DNA of 32,000 bases, from positions 1,140,001-1,172,000 of the forward strand of contig NC_009033.1 of assembly GCF_000015945.1 (NCBI RefSeq), read 5' to 3'. The stretch is from Staphylothermus marinus F1. Lineage in GTDB: Archaea; Thermoproteota; Thermoprotei_A; Sulfolobales; Desulfurococcaceae. Both the position numbers and the translations under genes were made by a program. Below the pieces are notes generated by a model, which had not been told where the DNA came from, searched no databases, and saw only the letters and a program-made list of their open reading frames with translations. Below are positions 1-8,737 of the stretch, one piece after another. Each line of letters opens with the position of its first letter. Positions within the stretch are counted from its first letter, which is position 1.

Positions 1-1327
1 AATCAGTTACATTATCAACATATAAGCTATAACTTATAAGCCAATTAATGGCGGGGTAATGACGACGATAAGCAAGATTAACATCTAAAGCATAAAGTGC
101 TCGTACAATTCTCAATGTTGCCTGCGTTACTGGCTCACTAAAATCTGCGCCTGGAGGAGATACAGCACCCATTATTGTTAGACTACCTGTTCTATCCGGT
201 CTGCCCAGAGTTTTCACATAACCACTTCTCTCATAGAAACTTGCAAGTCTAGAACCTAGATATGCAGGGTATCCTTCTTCTCCCGGAAGCTCTTCTAATC
301 TACCACTAATCTCCCTCATTGCTTCAGCCCATCTACTTGTCGAGTCAGCAACCATTAATACATGGTATCCCATGTCTCGGAAGTATTCCCCAATAGTTGC
401 TCCTAGGAAAATACTTGTTTCACGAGCTGCTACAGGCATGTTGCTAGTATTAGCTATGAACACACTTCTCTCCACCAATGCTTTACCCGTTCTTGGATCA
501 ACCAGTCTTCTGAAACTATGTAGTGCATCAGCCATTTCGTTTCCTCTCTCACCGCATCCAACATAGATTGCTATATCTACAGCGCTCCACTTCGTTAATT
601 GTTGTAATGTAACAGTTTTACCTGTTCCAAATCCTCCGGGGATAGCAGCTTTACCACCCTTTGCTAGTGGGAAGAAGAAATCAATAACTCTTTGCCCGGT
701 TAATACTGGTTCTCGATGTTCTAGTTTTTCTCTGTATGGACGAGGTTTTCTAACGGGCCATTTCTGCAGCATAACTATTTCTTTTCCATTAATCCGAGCA
801 ATAGGGTCTACTATTGTATATTCTCCCTCACCAACTATTTCTTCAACAACACCATGAGTATCAGGAGGAATCATAATATAATGTTTAATAACAGGGGTCT
901 CTTCAACGTATCCAATAACATCGTCAGGCCCAACTTTCTCTCCTTGTTTAACAAGTGGTTTAAAATGCCATTTCTTATTCCTCGGTAAAGGTTTAGCTTT
1001 CACACCCCTCTTTACAAAGAATCCTACCAGCTCCTGTAGAAGAGGTAATGGTCTCTGAATACCATCATAGATTGAGCCAACGAGTCCTGGCCCAAGCTCT
1101 GCTGCTAACGGATAACCTGTACCATATACGGGGTCTCCTACTCTTAACCCGCTTGTATCTTCATAGACTTGTATAATGGCTTTATCTCCCTCAACACCTA
1201 TGATCTCGCCGATTAATCTATCACTACCAACCTCTACTACTTCATAAACTTTCGAGCCACGCATGTTCTCAGCTATTACTAATGGACCCGACACCCTATA
1301 GATCTTTCCAGTAATGCCCAAGCTCAT
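1..1327 (-). CDS. atpA: A-type (A1AO) ATP synthase catalytic subunit A; C-terminal part lies beyond the window edge
   Basis: Absent from the ORF track because it runs off the window. My minus-strand translation from ATG 1327-1325 gives [34 protein letters not shown]...[16 protein letters not shown] (P-loop)...[10 protein letters not shown]...[12 protein letters not shown], open to position 1. GGAGG Shine-Dalgarno on the minus strand at 1339-1335, 7 nt before the ATG. Confidence 0.95.
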   Translation of the reverse strand, partial: MSLGITGKIYRVSGPLVIAENMRGSKVYEVVEVGSDRLIGEIIGVEGDKAIIQVYEDTSGLRVGDPVYGTGYPLAAELGPGLVGSIYDGIQRPLPLLQELVGFFVKRGVKAKPLPRNKKWHFKPLVKQGEKVGPDDVIGYVEETPVIKHYIMIPPDTHGVVEEIVGEGEYTIVDPIARINGKEIVMLQKWPVRKPRPYREKLEHREPVLTGQRVIDFFFPLAKGGKAAIPGGFGTGKTVTLQQLTKWSAVDIAIYVGCGERGNEMADALHSFRRLVDPRTGKALVERSVFIANTSNMPVAARETSIFLGATIGEYFRDMGYHVLMVADSTSRWAEAMREISGRLEELPGEEGYPAYLGSRLASFYERSGYVKTLGRPDRTGSLTIMGAVSPPGADFSEPVTQATLRIVRALYALDVNLAYRRHYPAINWLISYSLYVDNVTD

Positions 1328-1404
1328 TTTTAATCCTCCGAATATATACTTCTATAAACATGCTGTGTAAAAACCTTTAATCCACGTTAAAAATTATTGT
1401 TTTG

Positions 1405-1430
1405 TACATGTTTTTAGAGAGGAACATGTA
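1405..1430 (-). promoter_or_regulatory. Perfect 8-bp hairpin with the same ACATGT core in the atpF-atpA gap
   Basis: TACATGTT (1405-12) pairs with AACATGTA (1423-30) across a 10-nt loop. It shares the string ACATGTTTTTAG with the atpI-atpK element. Confidence 0.35.
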
Positions 1431-1444
1431 TATTCACCTTATTA

Positions 1445-1783
1445 CTATAAATTGATTTTCATTCCAACATATTTCATCATAAGTTCTTCATAGTATTCCT
1501 TGGGCTTAATCTTTTTGAGTGTTTCTGGAGAATCAATAATAACTATTAACGCATCAAGCTTGTTAAGTTCTGAACTAATATCTTTACATTTATTGATTAC
1601 GTTACGGGATACAATATATACACCATAAATACCTATATTTTCTCTAATATAATTCAATAGTTCCTCACAGTTATCTCTAAAAATGTAAAAATCCGATCCC
1701 GCTGCGGCACCGATTAAACAAATCGCGGGATCTCCTATTACTAGAACCTTTTCTTCTTTAATAGCTGTCATATAATCCACCAT
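1445..1783 (-). CDS. atpF: A-type ATP synthase subunit F
   Basis: The 112-aa size, the KVLVIGDPAICLIGAAAGSDFYIF pattern and its position between atpC and atpA fit subunit F. The internal ATG at 1771 forms an ATGA overlap with the atpC stop and may be the true start. Confidence 0.8.
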   Translation of the reverse strand: MVDYMTAIKEEKVLVIGDPAICLIGAAAGSDFYIFRDNCEELLNYIRENIGIYGVYIVSRNVINKCKDISSELNKLDALIVIIDSPETLKKIKPKEYYEELMMKYVGMKINL

Positions 1784-2736
1784 TTATTCACAATATTTTT
1801 CAAGTATTCAATATTTGTATTAAACCAAAGATTCGTTAACACAGTCTTTAGCATTAAAGCTTCAGTAATCATTAGAATGTATGTTCTAGCAATAACTTCT
1901 TCATAAGAATAGATCAGATCTCTCGAAATATGTGAAGCATACAATAATATGGCGAAATCAACTATTCCCAAATTCTTTGATATATTATATGCTTCACTAA
2001 ATAATTCGCTGAAACCTTTATATAACGGATTAATTTCACCCAACATTCTCATTAACTGATCCAGATCTTTTGATCTGCATAGATTAATAAAGTCTTCATG
2101 ACTCATAGTCAGTAAGGATGGTAGCTTAACAGGCTCCTGCTTCATTAACAGACAGGTTTTAATCAAGTTAGAATCACGTATAAAACCATATATTCTCTTT
2201 ACTTTATAAGGCAATAATAAATGATCTTTTAATGTGTTTATTGCTGAAAACAATAGATTATAGTCTCTGAAACCATCCATCATCACTAGATCTAAGAGTT
2301 TACCCAGATCCTTTCCAAGAATGTTCTTTAATTCTTCTAAACTACTTATACTGGAGAGATCTAGGATCGCCACATTACCTACAGGATATATTATGGAGGG
2401 CTTACTTCCATTAATAAGGTTTAAGACAATATATGCGATATTTATTGAATCAAATAATTTCTCAATAGAATCTATTATGTAGACCTTGTCTTTTCTACAT
2501 GTTTGCTTAAAAATACTTAGTCTCTCCAAGTTAAACCGATCTATTTCTGATTCTAAATCAGTGATACTATAGGTCTTGCTCCTAATTATTTGATACAAGC
2601 GAGCACCAATTGGTTTATCAGCTATAGTTTTTATAGCAGTTTCAATATTTCGTGAGGAGAGAATTGATATAAGATCCTCTCTACTAAGTAATCTTGTTAA
2701 AACATTTTTTGCTACAGAATATTCATACATGGACAT
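1768..2736 (-). CDS. atpC: A-type ATP synthase subunit C (V-ATPase d-like)
   Basis: 322-aa helical protein lying between atpE and atpF. Its size and operon position fit subunit C. The stop overlaps the atpF start. Confidence 0.8.
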   Translation of the reverse strand: MSMYEYSVAKNVLTRLLSREDLISILSSRNIETAIKTIADKPIGARLYQIIRSKTYSITDLESEIDRFNLERLSIFKQTCRKDKVYIIDSIEKLFDSINIAYIVLNLINGSKPSIIYPVGNVAILDLSSISSLEELKNILGKDLGKLLDLVMMDGFRDYNLLFSAINTLKDHLLLPYKVKRIYGFIRDSNLIKTCLLMKQEPVKLPSLLTMSHEDFINLCRSKDLDQLMRMLGEINPLYKGFSELFSEAYNISKNLGIVDFAILLYASHISRDLIYSYEEVIARTYILMITEALMLKTVLTNLWFNTNIEYLKNIVNKWWII

Positions 2737-2738
2737 TT

Positions 2739-3326
2739 TTATTTACCCCATAAAATAATGTTTAACTCCGCTAACACAATACTTTTTGCTCTTTCCAACC
2801 TAGTATTATATGAGTTATCAACTCTTTCTCCATCAATTGATTCAATAATTAATCCACCCAATATATTATCCGATTCCACTATTTCTATGTTTTTTAATCC
2901 TTTTTCTTTCAAAACCTTTTTTATAAAATCTCGATCACGTGGATTAATAATTATTTTTGAAGGATTCTCAATGTAATATAGTGCTTCATCTAGTAGTTTC
3001 TTCAATGATTCCTCGATATCAAATCCTATTCTATTAGTTAGCCTTATCTTCGCTTCTTCTAATATTTTATTTATTACTTCAGCTTTTGCTTTACTTATTG
3101 TGATCCTATAGTTTCTGCGTGCCTCAGAGATTATTTTTTGTGCTTCTAATCTAGCATTAGTTATTATCTTTTCTCTTTCCTGTTCAGCTTTTTCACGCCA
3201 TTTCCTCTCAGCTTCTTCAATGATCCTCTCAGCTTCTCGTTCTGCTTCTCTTATTATTTCCTCGCTTTTCTTTCGAGCATCCTCTAATAGTTTTTGTCTT
3301 AGCTCTTCTACTTCGTGAGTATTCAA
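2739..3326 (-). CDS. atpE: A-type ATP synthase subunit E (peripheral stalk)
   Basis: 195 aa with a long K/E/R-rich N-terminal coiled coil and a globular C-terminus (GGLIIESIDGERVDNSYNTRLE), as is typical of subunit E. Confidence 0.85.
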   Translation of the reverse strand: MNTHEVEELRQKLLEDARKKSEEIIREAEREAERIIEEAERKWREKAEQEREKIITNARLEAQKIISEARRNYRITISKAKAEVINKILEEAKIRLTNRIGFDIEESLKKLLDEALYYIENPSKIIINPRDRDFIKKVLKEKGLKNIEIVESDNILGGLIIESIDGERVDNSYNTRLERAKSIVLAELNIILWGK

Positions 3327-3349
3327 CTAGTTCACCCATTGCGGAAACA

Positions 3350-3829
3350 TTAGCCTATAAGTGATAAGCCTAAGAAGCCGAATACCATTCCAAGTATTCC
3401 TATAAGCTCAACATATACTGCTAGTATCATAGTACTAAAGGTTACGGCTCCCTTAGTACGAGGCAATTCAGATATACCAGAAGCACATATTACTCCTTGA
3501 AACCATGCCGAGAATAACTCTGCTCCAGCAACCGCTAGACCTAGTCCCAAAATAGCTAATCCTTTACCAAGTGTTAATGTTTCAAGATGCCCATTAATAT
3601 AACCAATATACTGGATAAGTATGATTAACCCATAAAATGTCTGCGTCATCGGTAATGATGCTAGTAGGAAAACGTTTCTAAACTGTTTAGGATCCTCTGC
3701 TAGAGTAGCTGATCCAGCAGAACCAGCCTTACCCATACCTATAGACGAACCTATTAATCCGCCCATTAAGGCAAATGCTGCACCAGCATATGCGAGTCCT
3801 ACAGCTAATGGATCCATAACGTTCACCAC
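3350..3829 (-). CDS. atpK: A-type ATP synthase proteolipid (c/K subunit), duplicated four-helix form
   Basis: Four hydrophobic helices with Gly/Ala-rich proteolipid repeats. The track start is GTG 3829. ATG 3817 is preceded by GGTGA (3827-3823) with a 5-nt spacer and is the more likely start. Confidence 0.9.
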   Translation of the reverse strand: MVNVMDPLAVGLAYAGAAFALMGGLIGSSIGMGKAGSAGSATLAEDPKQFRNVFLLASLPMTQTFYGLIILIQYIGYINGHLETLTLGKGLAILGLGLAVAGAELFSAWFQGVICASGISELPRTKGAVTFSTMILAVYVELIGILGMVFGFLGLSLIG

Positions 3830-3831
3830 AT

Positions 3832-3863
3832 AAACATGTTTTAGTCAATACTAAAAACATGTT
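3832..3863 (-). promoter_or_regulatory. Imperfect palindrome/hairpin between atpI and atpK
   Basis: AAACATGTTTTAG (3832-44), TCAATA, then CTAAAAACATGTT (3851-63) give 12 bp with one bulged A. On the minus strand a TATA-like AATATTTTAAAT lies upstream of it and an oligo-T tract follows the atpI stop. Confidence 0.4.
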
Positions 3864-3899
3864 ACTGAGGATTTAAAATATTGCTTCTTAATAAAAATC

Positions 3900-5864
3900 C
3901 TACTCGATCACCAATCTTTTACGCATAACTATTCTCAGTGGCTCGAACGGATAACCTGTTCCTTCATAGAACTTACTCAGAAACTCTACGAAGCATAATC
4001 TAATAGAATGTATAAATCCTCCGAGAGCGGAAAGTCCTGTATTGATTAAGTGTCCAAACACTAAAATAATAGTAGTCATTAATCCACCAATAATGACTCC
4101 TGCTAATGGAACTGGGATTATGGATTCTAACCCTGTAAAAGCTAATAGTGCTAATCTGTTAAAACTTGCCCCCAAAAATATAGTTGCTAATCCTACACCG
4201 GCGAGCCTACTATAGCTTAGAACATCTCCTAATAAACCTGTTAAGTTAAATAACCACATCAACAATCCTAAAAATCCCATATTCTTTAATGAACCAATAA
4301 TTAAGAATCCTATACCAACAAATGCTCCATATAATAAATAACTATACATTTCTGCGGGTATGTTAAGTATTGGAGTATTCAGCATTGTGTAAAGAACATA
4401 TGGAATACCAAATATTTCGGAAATAAATATCCCCATCTCATTCAGTATATCACCTGTTTTCTTCTCCTTCAAGGCCTTCGCCAGTGTTAGAGCATGTGAA
4501 ATATTAACATGTATGAGACCGATAATTAGAGCTAAAATAAGGAATTTTATTGGATCACTTAAAACAGTTGTTAGAACATAAAGCTGAATTCCAAATGCAT
4601 AACCACTCAATGCACCTATTATGAATCCTACAATACTAGAAACTATTATCATTTTCTTAAAGAACACATAATCTCTACTCTTCGGATCAGAAACAAATTT
4701 GTCGAGTATGAGCATGGCAGATAATATTATAGCTATAGCATAACCCATATCAGCCAACATTATACCATAGAATAAAGCAAACGAATAAGCAATTATAGGA
4801 GTAGGATCCCACTCCCAATATCGTGGAAGACCAAGAAACCTCACAATTGACTCATACCATTTAATTATCTTTGGATTTCTAAGTAAGGTGGGAGGCTCAT
4901 CAACACCCTTAACGGGTTCTCTAATCTCATAATAGAATGGTATACCTTGGTTTTTAAATAAATCAATAACTTGTCTCACATTATTCTTAGGTATCCAGCC
5001 GGAGAGGAGGATAAGATACTTGCTCTTGTATATGCTAAGCAAAGACTTAATTTGCATGATCTTGTTCTCAACAATTAACAAATACTTTCCTAGATCCATC
5101 AGATAATTATTTATCTTGTCTCTTAAACGCTTCCTAGTTTCACTTATCATAGCTGAGTATTTCATATATGATTCATTAATTTTTTTCAATGCTTCCTCTA
5201 TAGTGTCATTTAAAGAAACTATGTCGGCTATTTTATTATAATCAATGAAAGAAAAACCTAGCAAAGACAATTTCTCGATCAAAGACTTATGTATATCAGA
5301 ACTATAAACTAGAATAGCTACAATATTTTGTTCTATTTGCATCTTGAATATAACATAAATCTCCTTGAAAGAACTAACCAGCTGGTTAAACCCGTCTATA
5401 CTGCCCCTAATAGCAACACTTGAAATATATTTTCCATTAAAACAAATATTTTTGATGGAATAGTTTTTAGGTATAAATTGGAGGATACTTTTTAATCCTT
5501 CTAGTTCTCGTAGATTATTTTCGAGCTCAGCTATTTTCTGCAACATGCCTTCTACTTCACTATAAATACTATTTACATCCTTTTCGATCTTATCAATGCT
5601 TAATGATTCCAATTCTAGCTTAGTAACTGTTATCTCTAAAGAAACTCCAGATACTTGATTCATGATATGATTTATTTTATTAAGAATATTGTTGATTCTA
5701 TCATATTGTTTAATATACTCTTCTATACCCTGCCCTGTTTTTTCGATATGAACAGTGCCGGCTTCTTGTAGTATAGTTGATGCTTTTTCAACTAATTGTT
5801 TGGGAACTATAATATTTATTCTATACATCTCAACGGGTTTATTCACTATAATTGGTGGAGCCAT
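3900..5864 (-). CDS. atpI: A-type ATP synthase subunit I (stator a-subunit homologue)
   Basis: 654 aa: a soluble coiled-coil N-terminal half plus a polytopic C-terminal half. Its start overlaps the atpH stop by 1 nt (TAATG). Confidence 0.9.
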   Translation of the reverse strand: MAPPIIVNKPVEMYRINIIVPKQLVEKASTILQEAGTVHIEKTGQGIEEYIKQYDRINNILNKINHIMNQVSGVSLEITVTKLELESLSIDKIEKDVNSIYSEVEGMLQKIAELENNLRELEGLKSILQFIPKNYSIKNICFNGKYISSVAIRGSIDGFNQLVSSFKEIYVIFKMQIEQNIVAILVYSSDIHKSLIEKLSLLGFSFIDYNKIADIVSLNDTIEEALKKINESYMKYSAMISETRKRLRDKINNYLMDLGKYLLIVENKIMQIKSLLSIYKSKYLILLSGWIPKNNVRQVIDLFKNQGIPFYYEIREPVKGVDEPPTLLRNPKIIKWYESIVRFLGLPRYWEWDPTPIIAYSFALFYGIMLADMGYAIAIILSAMLILDKFVSDPKSRDYVFFKKMIIVSSIVGFIIGALSGYAFGIQLYVLTTVLSDPIKFLILALIIGLIHVNISHALTLAKALKEKKTGDILNEMGIFISEIFGIPYVLYTMLNTPILNIPAEMYSYLLYGAFVGIGFLIIGSLKNMGFLGLLMWLFNLTGLLGDVLSYSRLAGVGLATIFLGASFNRLALLAFTGLESIIPVPLAGVIIGGLMTTIILVFGHLINTGLSALGGFIHSIRLCFVEFLSKFYEGTGYPFEPLRIVMRKRLVIE

Positions 5865-6181
5865 TACTCTATCCCTGCAACTATGTTGACAACCCTATTT
5901 ACTGCTTTCTCGAATTTTTCTTTATCAATATTTTTTATTTCTTCAGCTTTTCTCTTTGCTTCCTCCAATATAGTCTTAGATTCTTCTTCCGCTTCCTTAA
6001 TAATCTTTTCTGCTTCAAGCTTGTATGTATCTATGGGTATAGGTCTAGAGAGAATTTCTTTTGCTTTCTTCTTTGCATCACCTATAATTTTCAGCTTCTT
6101 TTTCTTCGCCTCATTCAATATGCTCTCGATTTCTTTCTCTAAGGCTTCAATTGCTGGATTACTCATCTTTAAACGCCACAT
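5864..6181 (-). CDS. atpH: A-type ATP synthase subunit H (peripheral-stalk coiled coil)
   Basis: 105-aa K/E-rich helical protein immediately upstream of atpI, which is the canonical position and size for subunit H. Confidence 0.65.
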   Translation of the reverse strand: MWRLKMSNPAIEALEKEIESILNEAKKKKLKIIGDAKKKAKEILSRPIPIDTYKLEAEKIIKEAEEESKTILEEAKRKAEEIKNIDKEKFEKAVNRVVNIVAGIE

Positions 6182-6211
6182 TAACTAGTTGTCTTATACT
6201 GCTTTTCTACA

Positions 6212-6640
6212 TTATTTATTAAATTGATAAGAGGGAATAAAAACTATAGTTGTCACTGTCCGGAGCTTAAGCCTAACCATATATAATTGGGGTCTATAAA
6301 GAATCAATGGCCCATTCTCATATTTTAAGCCTAACAATTTAGCCAAAGTTTTAGCGGCAACTTTATCTCTAACAACATAAGCTGATTCTCCAAGGGAAGG
6401 ATTATACTCAATGATTATGGGCAGCATTAGTTTACAAGGATCACCATCCACGAGATTCTTTAATAATTCGAGCTCCTTACGGTCAATGAGGCTTTTAGAT
6501 CCATCTCTAAGAATAAGATACGGTACATCCATAGATAATAGATCACACAAGCTCTTCTTACTGTAAACAATGTGTTTATTCACAATTCTAAGCTCCTCAC
6601 TCAAAGCACGCATTATAAGATCATTGAAATAGTCAGACAA
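6212..6640 (-). CDS. DUF61 / UPF0216-like small archaeal protein embedded in the ATPase operon
   Basis: 142 aa. The pattern ...LRDGSKSLIDRKELELLKNLV...LPIIIEYNPSLGESAYVVRDKVAAKTLAKLLG resembles my memory of the UPF0216 (DUF61) family. It lies 8 nt after the atpD stop and 30 nt before the atpH start. Confidence 0.55.
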   Translation of the reverse strand: MSDYFNDLIMRALSEELRIVNKHIVYSKKSLCDLLSMDVPYLILRDGSKSLIDRKELELLKNLVDGDPCKLMLPIIIEYNPSLGESAYVVRDKVAAKTLAKLLGLKYENGPLILYRPQLYMVRLKLRTVTTIVFIPSYQFNK

Positions 6641-6648
6641 GGAAACTA

Positions 6649-7278
6649 TTACCTCCTCTTCTCTAAAACACTCTTTATACGTTTAAGCCTAGCCTTCTCC
6701 TCCCTCTCCCTCTCCTCAAACTTCATATTCAAATACCTAATAGTGTTGGCAAGCCTAGGTATTATAATATATTTCAAAGCATTAACTTTCCTCTTCGTCC
6801 TCTCAATCTCCCTGCCCAAAGCAATCAAAGCTTGCTCAGCTCTTCCAAGCTCAATTATAGCCTCAATAAGCTTCCGAGCCCCATCCCTGAAAGAATCAAA
6901 ACCAGGATAAACATATTCTATCGTTTTAGAATGCTTAACAACAGCTGAACGAGTCTTAACACCCATAATATTCTCAACACCAATAACAGCCCTAAGCCCC
7001 TCAACAGTAATAGATCTAAAATACTGAAAACCATACTCTCCATAAACACTATTCAACAAAACAGAATCATTATACAAATTAAAAACCAAATCATTAACAG
7101 TCCTCCTAAGACTATAAGCCTCCCTAACCCTAACCAAAAACTCATTAACAAGAATAGTCAAACGCTCACGCAAAATACGATGAACCTTCTCAGCAAGAGC
7201 CTTCCTCCTCTTAAGCCTAATAAGCTCAATCTTCGTCGGTCTAACTCTCAAAACACTAGACATAGCAAACCACAACAT
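6649..7278 (-). CDS. atpD: A-type ATP synthase subunit D (central stalk)
   Basis: RPTKIELIRLKRRKALAEKVHRILRERLTILVNEF at the N-terminus and a basic coiled-coil C-terminus are typical of subunit D. The likely true start is the internal Met of MSSVLRVRPTK, at about 7263. Confidence 0.9.
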   Translation of the reverse strand: MLWFAMSSVLRVRPTKIELIRLKRRKALAEKVHRILRERLTILVNEFLVRVREAYSLRRTVNDLVFNLYNDSVLLNSVYGEYGFQYFRSITVEGLRAVIGVENIMGVKTRSAVVKHSKTIEYVYPGFDSFRDGARKLIEAIIELGRAEQALIALGREIERTKRKVNALKYIIIPRLANTIRYLNMKFEEREREEKARLKRIKSVLEKRR

Positions 7279-7463
7279 AAACCATTAATTAACCCCTAGA
7301 AAAACAAAACTAAATAATAATTAATAAATTCTTTCTGTCTGTTTAGCTAGTAGCGTATTTAAGAATTGGAAGGATAAAAAAAGTCTATTTCATAATAAAT
7401 ATATAAAATTTCTTGATAACTCTCATTGTTTCATTTAATATATAACTGTTGACATTGCCATTT

Positions 7464-7634
7464 TTATATGGGTACAGGATCTCCATCTATTGGATCTCCT
7501 CCCGGTTCTCCAGCTGAACCAGTTGGAGATACTGTGTTGCCGCTGGCTAGAGTTACAGCGATTGATATTATTGGTGCGATTAATGCGAAGATCTTTATGA
7601 GCTTTAATAGTTTGTTGATGCGTTTGATGTTCAT
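7464..7634 (-). CDS. Candidate small secreted peptide (56 aa), below the ORF-track size cutoff
   Basis: My translation is MNIKRINKLLKLIKIFALIAPIISIAVTLASGNTVSPTGSAGEPGGDPIDGDPVPI. It has a basic n-region, a hydrophobic h-region, TLA/SG and then an acidic Gly/Pro tail. GGTGA (7644-7640) sits 5 nt upstream of the ATG, the same spacing as at atpK. Confidence 0.3.
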   Translation of the reverse strand: MNIKRINKLLKLIKIFALIAPIISIAVTLASGNTVSPTGSAGEPGGDPIDGDPVPI

Positions 7635-7736
7635 GTTTTTCACCGAGAATAGTTATAGAATTGATCTTATCTGTATGTTTGCTTAATAAAGAGATAAATG
7701 ATCTTGAAGAAAAAATATAAATAATATCATTATTAG

Positions 7737-8102
7737 TTATGCTTGAACTAGGTTCTCGAGGAAAAACTCATAAGTGTTATCGCCTTTTCTATACCTATAT
7801 ATAGCATAGTAGGCGGGTTTGCTTGTTCCTGCAACATATAATGCAATAACTAATGTGTTTTTACATGAAGGGGTTTCACCGAGAATTTCGCAAGCTGTTT
7901 TATCTTCTAATATAGATGCTTCCATGCCATATGGTTCTAAAGCATTATTGATCATTACTGGGAGTCTCTCCATAAAGTATTCGTCAACAATGTCTATTAG
8001 TTCCCTAGTGGTCCAATCGCTTGGCCCCTCGAAATATAATTTAATTGAGAGCGCTCTCTTGATGATTTTTGGGTCTTGGCTCAATTTAGTCTTCTCCCTC
8101 AC
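7737..8102 (-). CDS. Hypothetical protein (121 aa)
   Basis: The ORF overlaps the upstream Nudix gene stop by 17 nt, which suggests an operon. No family recognised. Confidence 0.5.
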   Translation of the reverse strand: MREKTKLSQDPKIIKRALSIKLYFEGPSDWTTRELIDIVDEYFMERLPVMINNALEPYGMEASILEDKTACEILGETPSCKNTLVIALYVAGTSKPAYYAIYRYRKGDNTYEFFLENLVQA

Positions 8103-8640
8103 TCTTCTTCCACATATAATGTATATAATATAGTATTAGGAGAGCTGTTTTCAAGTCTTTGATTTCGTTTGATTTAATCATTTCTAAGGCATCCTTAACT
8201 GATATAACATATGGTTTTATAACCTCGTATGGTTCAGGCTTCATGCCTACATATTCTAGGTTTCTCGCTATAAAGAAATGCATGTTTTCAGTACTATAGC
8301 CTGGTGTAGGGTAGTATATTCCAATCTCTATAAGTTCTCCCGGCTCATATCCTGTCTCCTCTATAAGTTCCCTCCTAGCTGCCTCTCTAATAGATTCTCC
8401 CGGCTCAACTACTCCAGCAGGTACTTCGTATATGTAGTCATTGATAGCTGCTCTATATTGTTTAATCAGAATTATCTGATCGCTTTTAAGAACTGGAAGA
8501 ATTATTACACTATCCGGGAAGACCACTACATCTCTCTCAACAACACGATTATTAATCCTAACTTGTCGACGCTCAACAGAGAATCTTAAACCACTGAACA
8601 ACTCCTTTTTACCTACAAGTTCTACCTCCATACGAATCAC
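8086..8640 (-). CDS. Nudix hydrolase (ADP-ribose pyrophosphatase-like)
   Basis: Complete Nudix box GVVEPGESIREAARRELIEETGY (GX5EX7REUXEEXGU). Confidence 0.9.
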   Translation of the reverse strand: MIRMEVELVGKKELFSGLRFSVERRQVRINNRVVERDVVVFPDSVIILPVLKSDQIILIKQYRAAINDYIYEVPAGVVEPGESIREAARRELIEETGYEPGELIEIGIYYPTPGYSTENMHFFIARNLEYVGMKPEPYEVIKPYVISVKDALEMIKSNEIKDLKTALLILYYIHYMWKKSEGED

Positions 8641-8737
8641 CGATCATTTTAAATATTATTAAGCCCATTGGCAGATAAAATTATTATGTCATGTAATATT
8701 CATAATAAATAATTATTTAATAACATGGTCATTAACA

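Noticed and set aside
372-566. 64-aa plus-strand ORF
   Set aside because: It lies entirely antisense within the strongly supported atpA coding region and has no recognisable features.
1-1327. Possible intein in atpA, as occurs in some archaeal A subunits
   Set aside because: The translated sequence is continuous through the P-loop region, with no insertion or intein block motifs in the part visible here.
5796-6188. Two plus-strand ORFs (130 aa and 96 aa) overlapping atpH
   Set aside because: They are the antisense mirror of a Lys/Glu-rich coiled-coil gene and give low-complexity Phe/Ser/Leu-rich translations. They have no start context and are nested within a tightly packed minus-strand operon.
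7468-7686. 72-aa plus-strand ORF in the gap upstream of atpD
   Set aside because: It has no ribosome-binding site or recognisable protein features. The opposite strand encodes a signal-peptide-bearing small ORF with a GGTGA Shine-Dalgarno, which explains the open frame better. The choice of strand remains uncertain.
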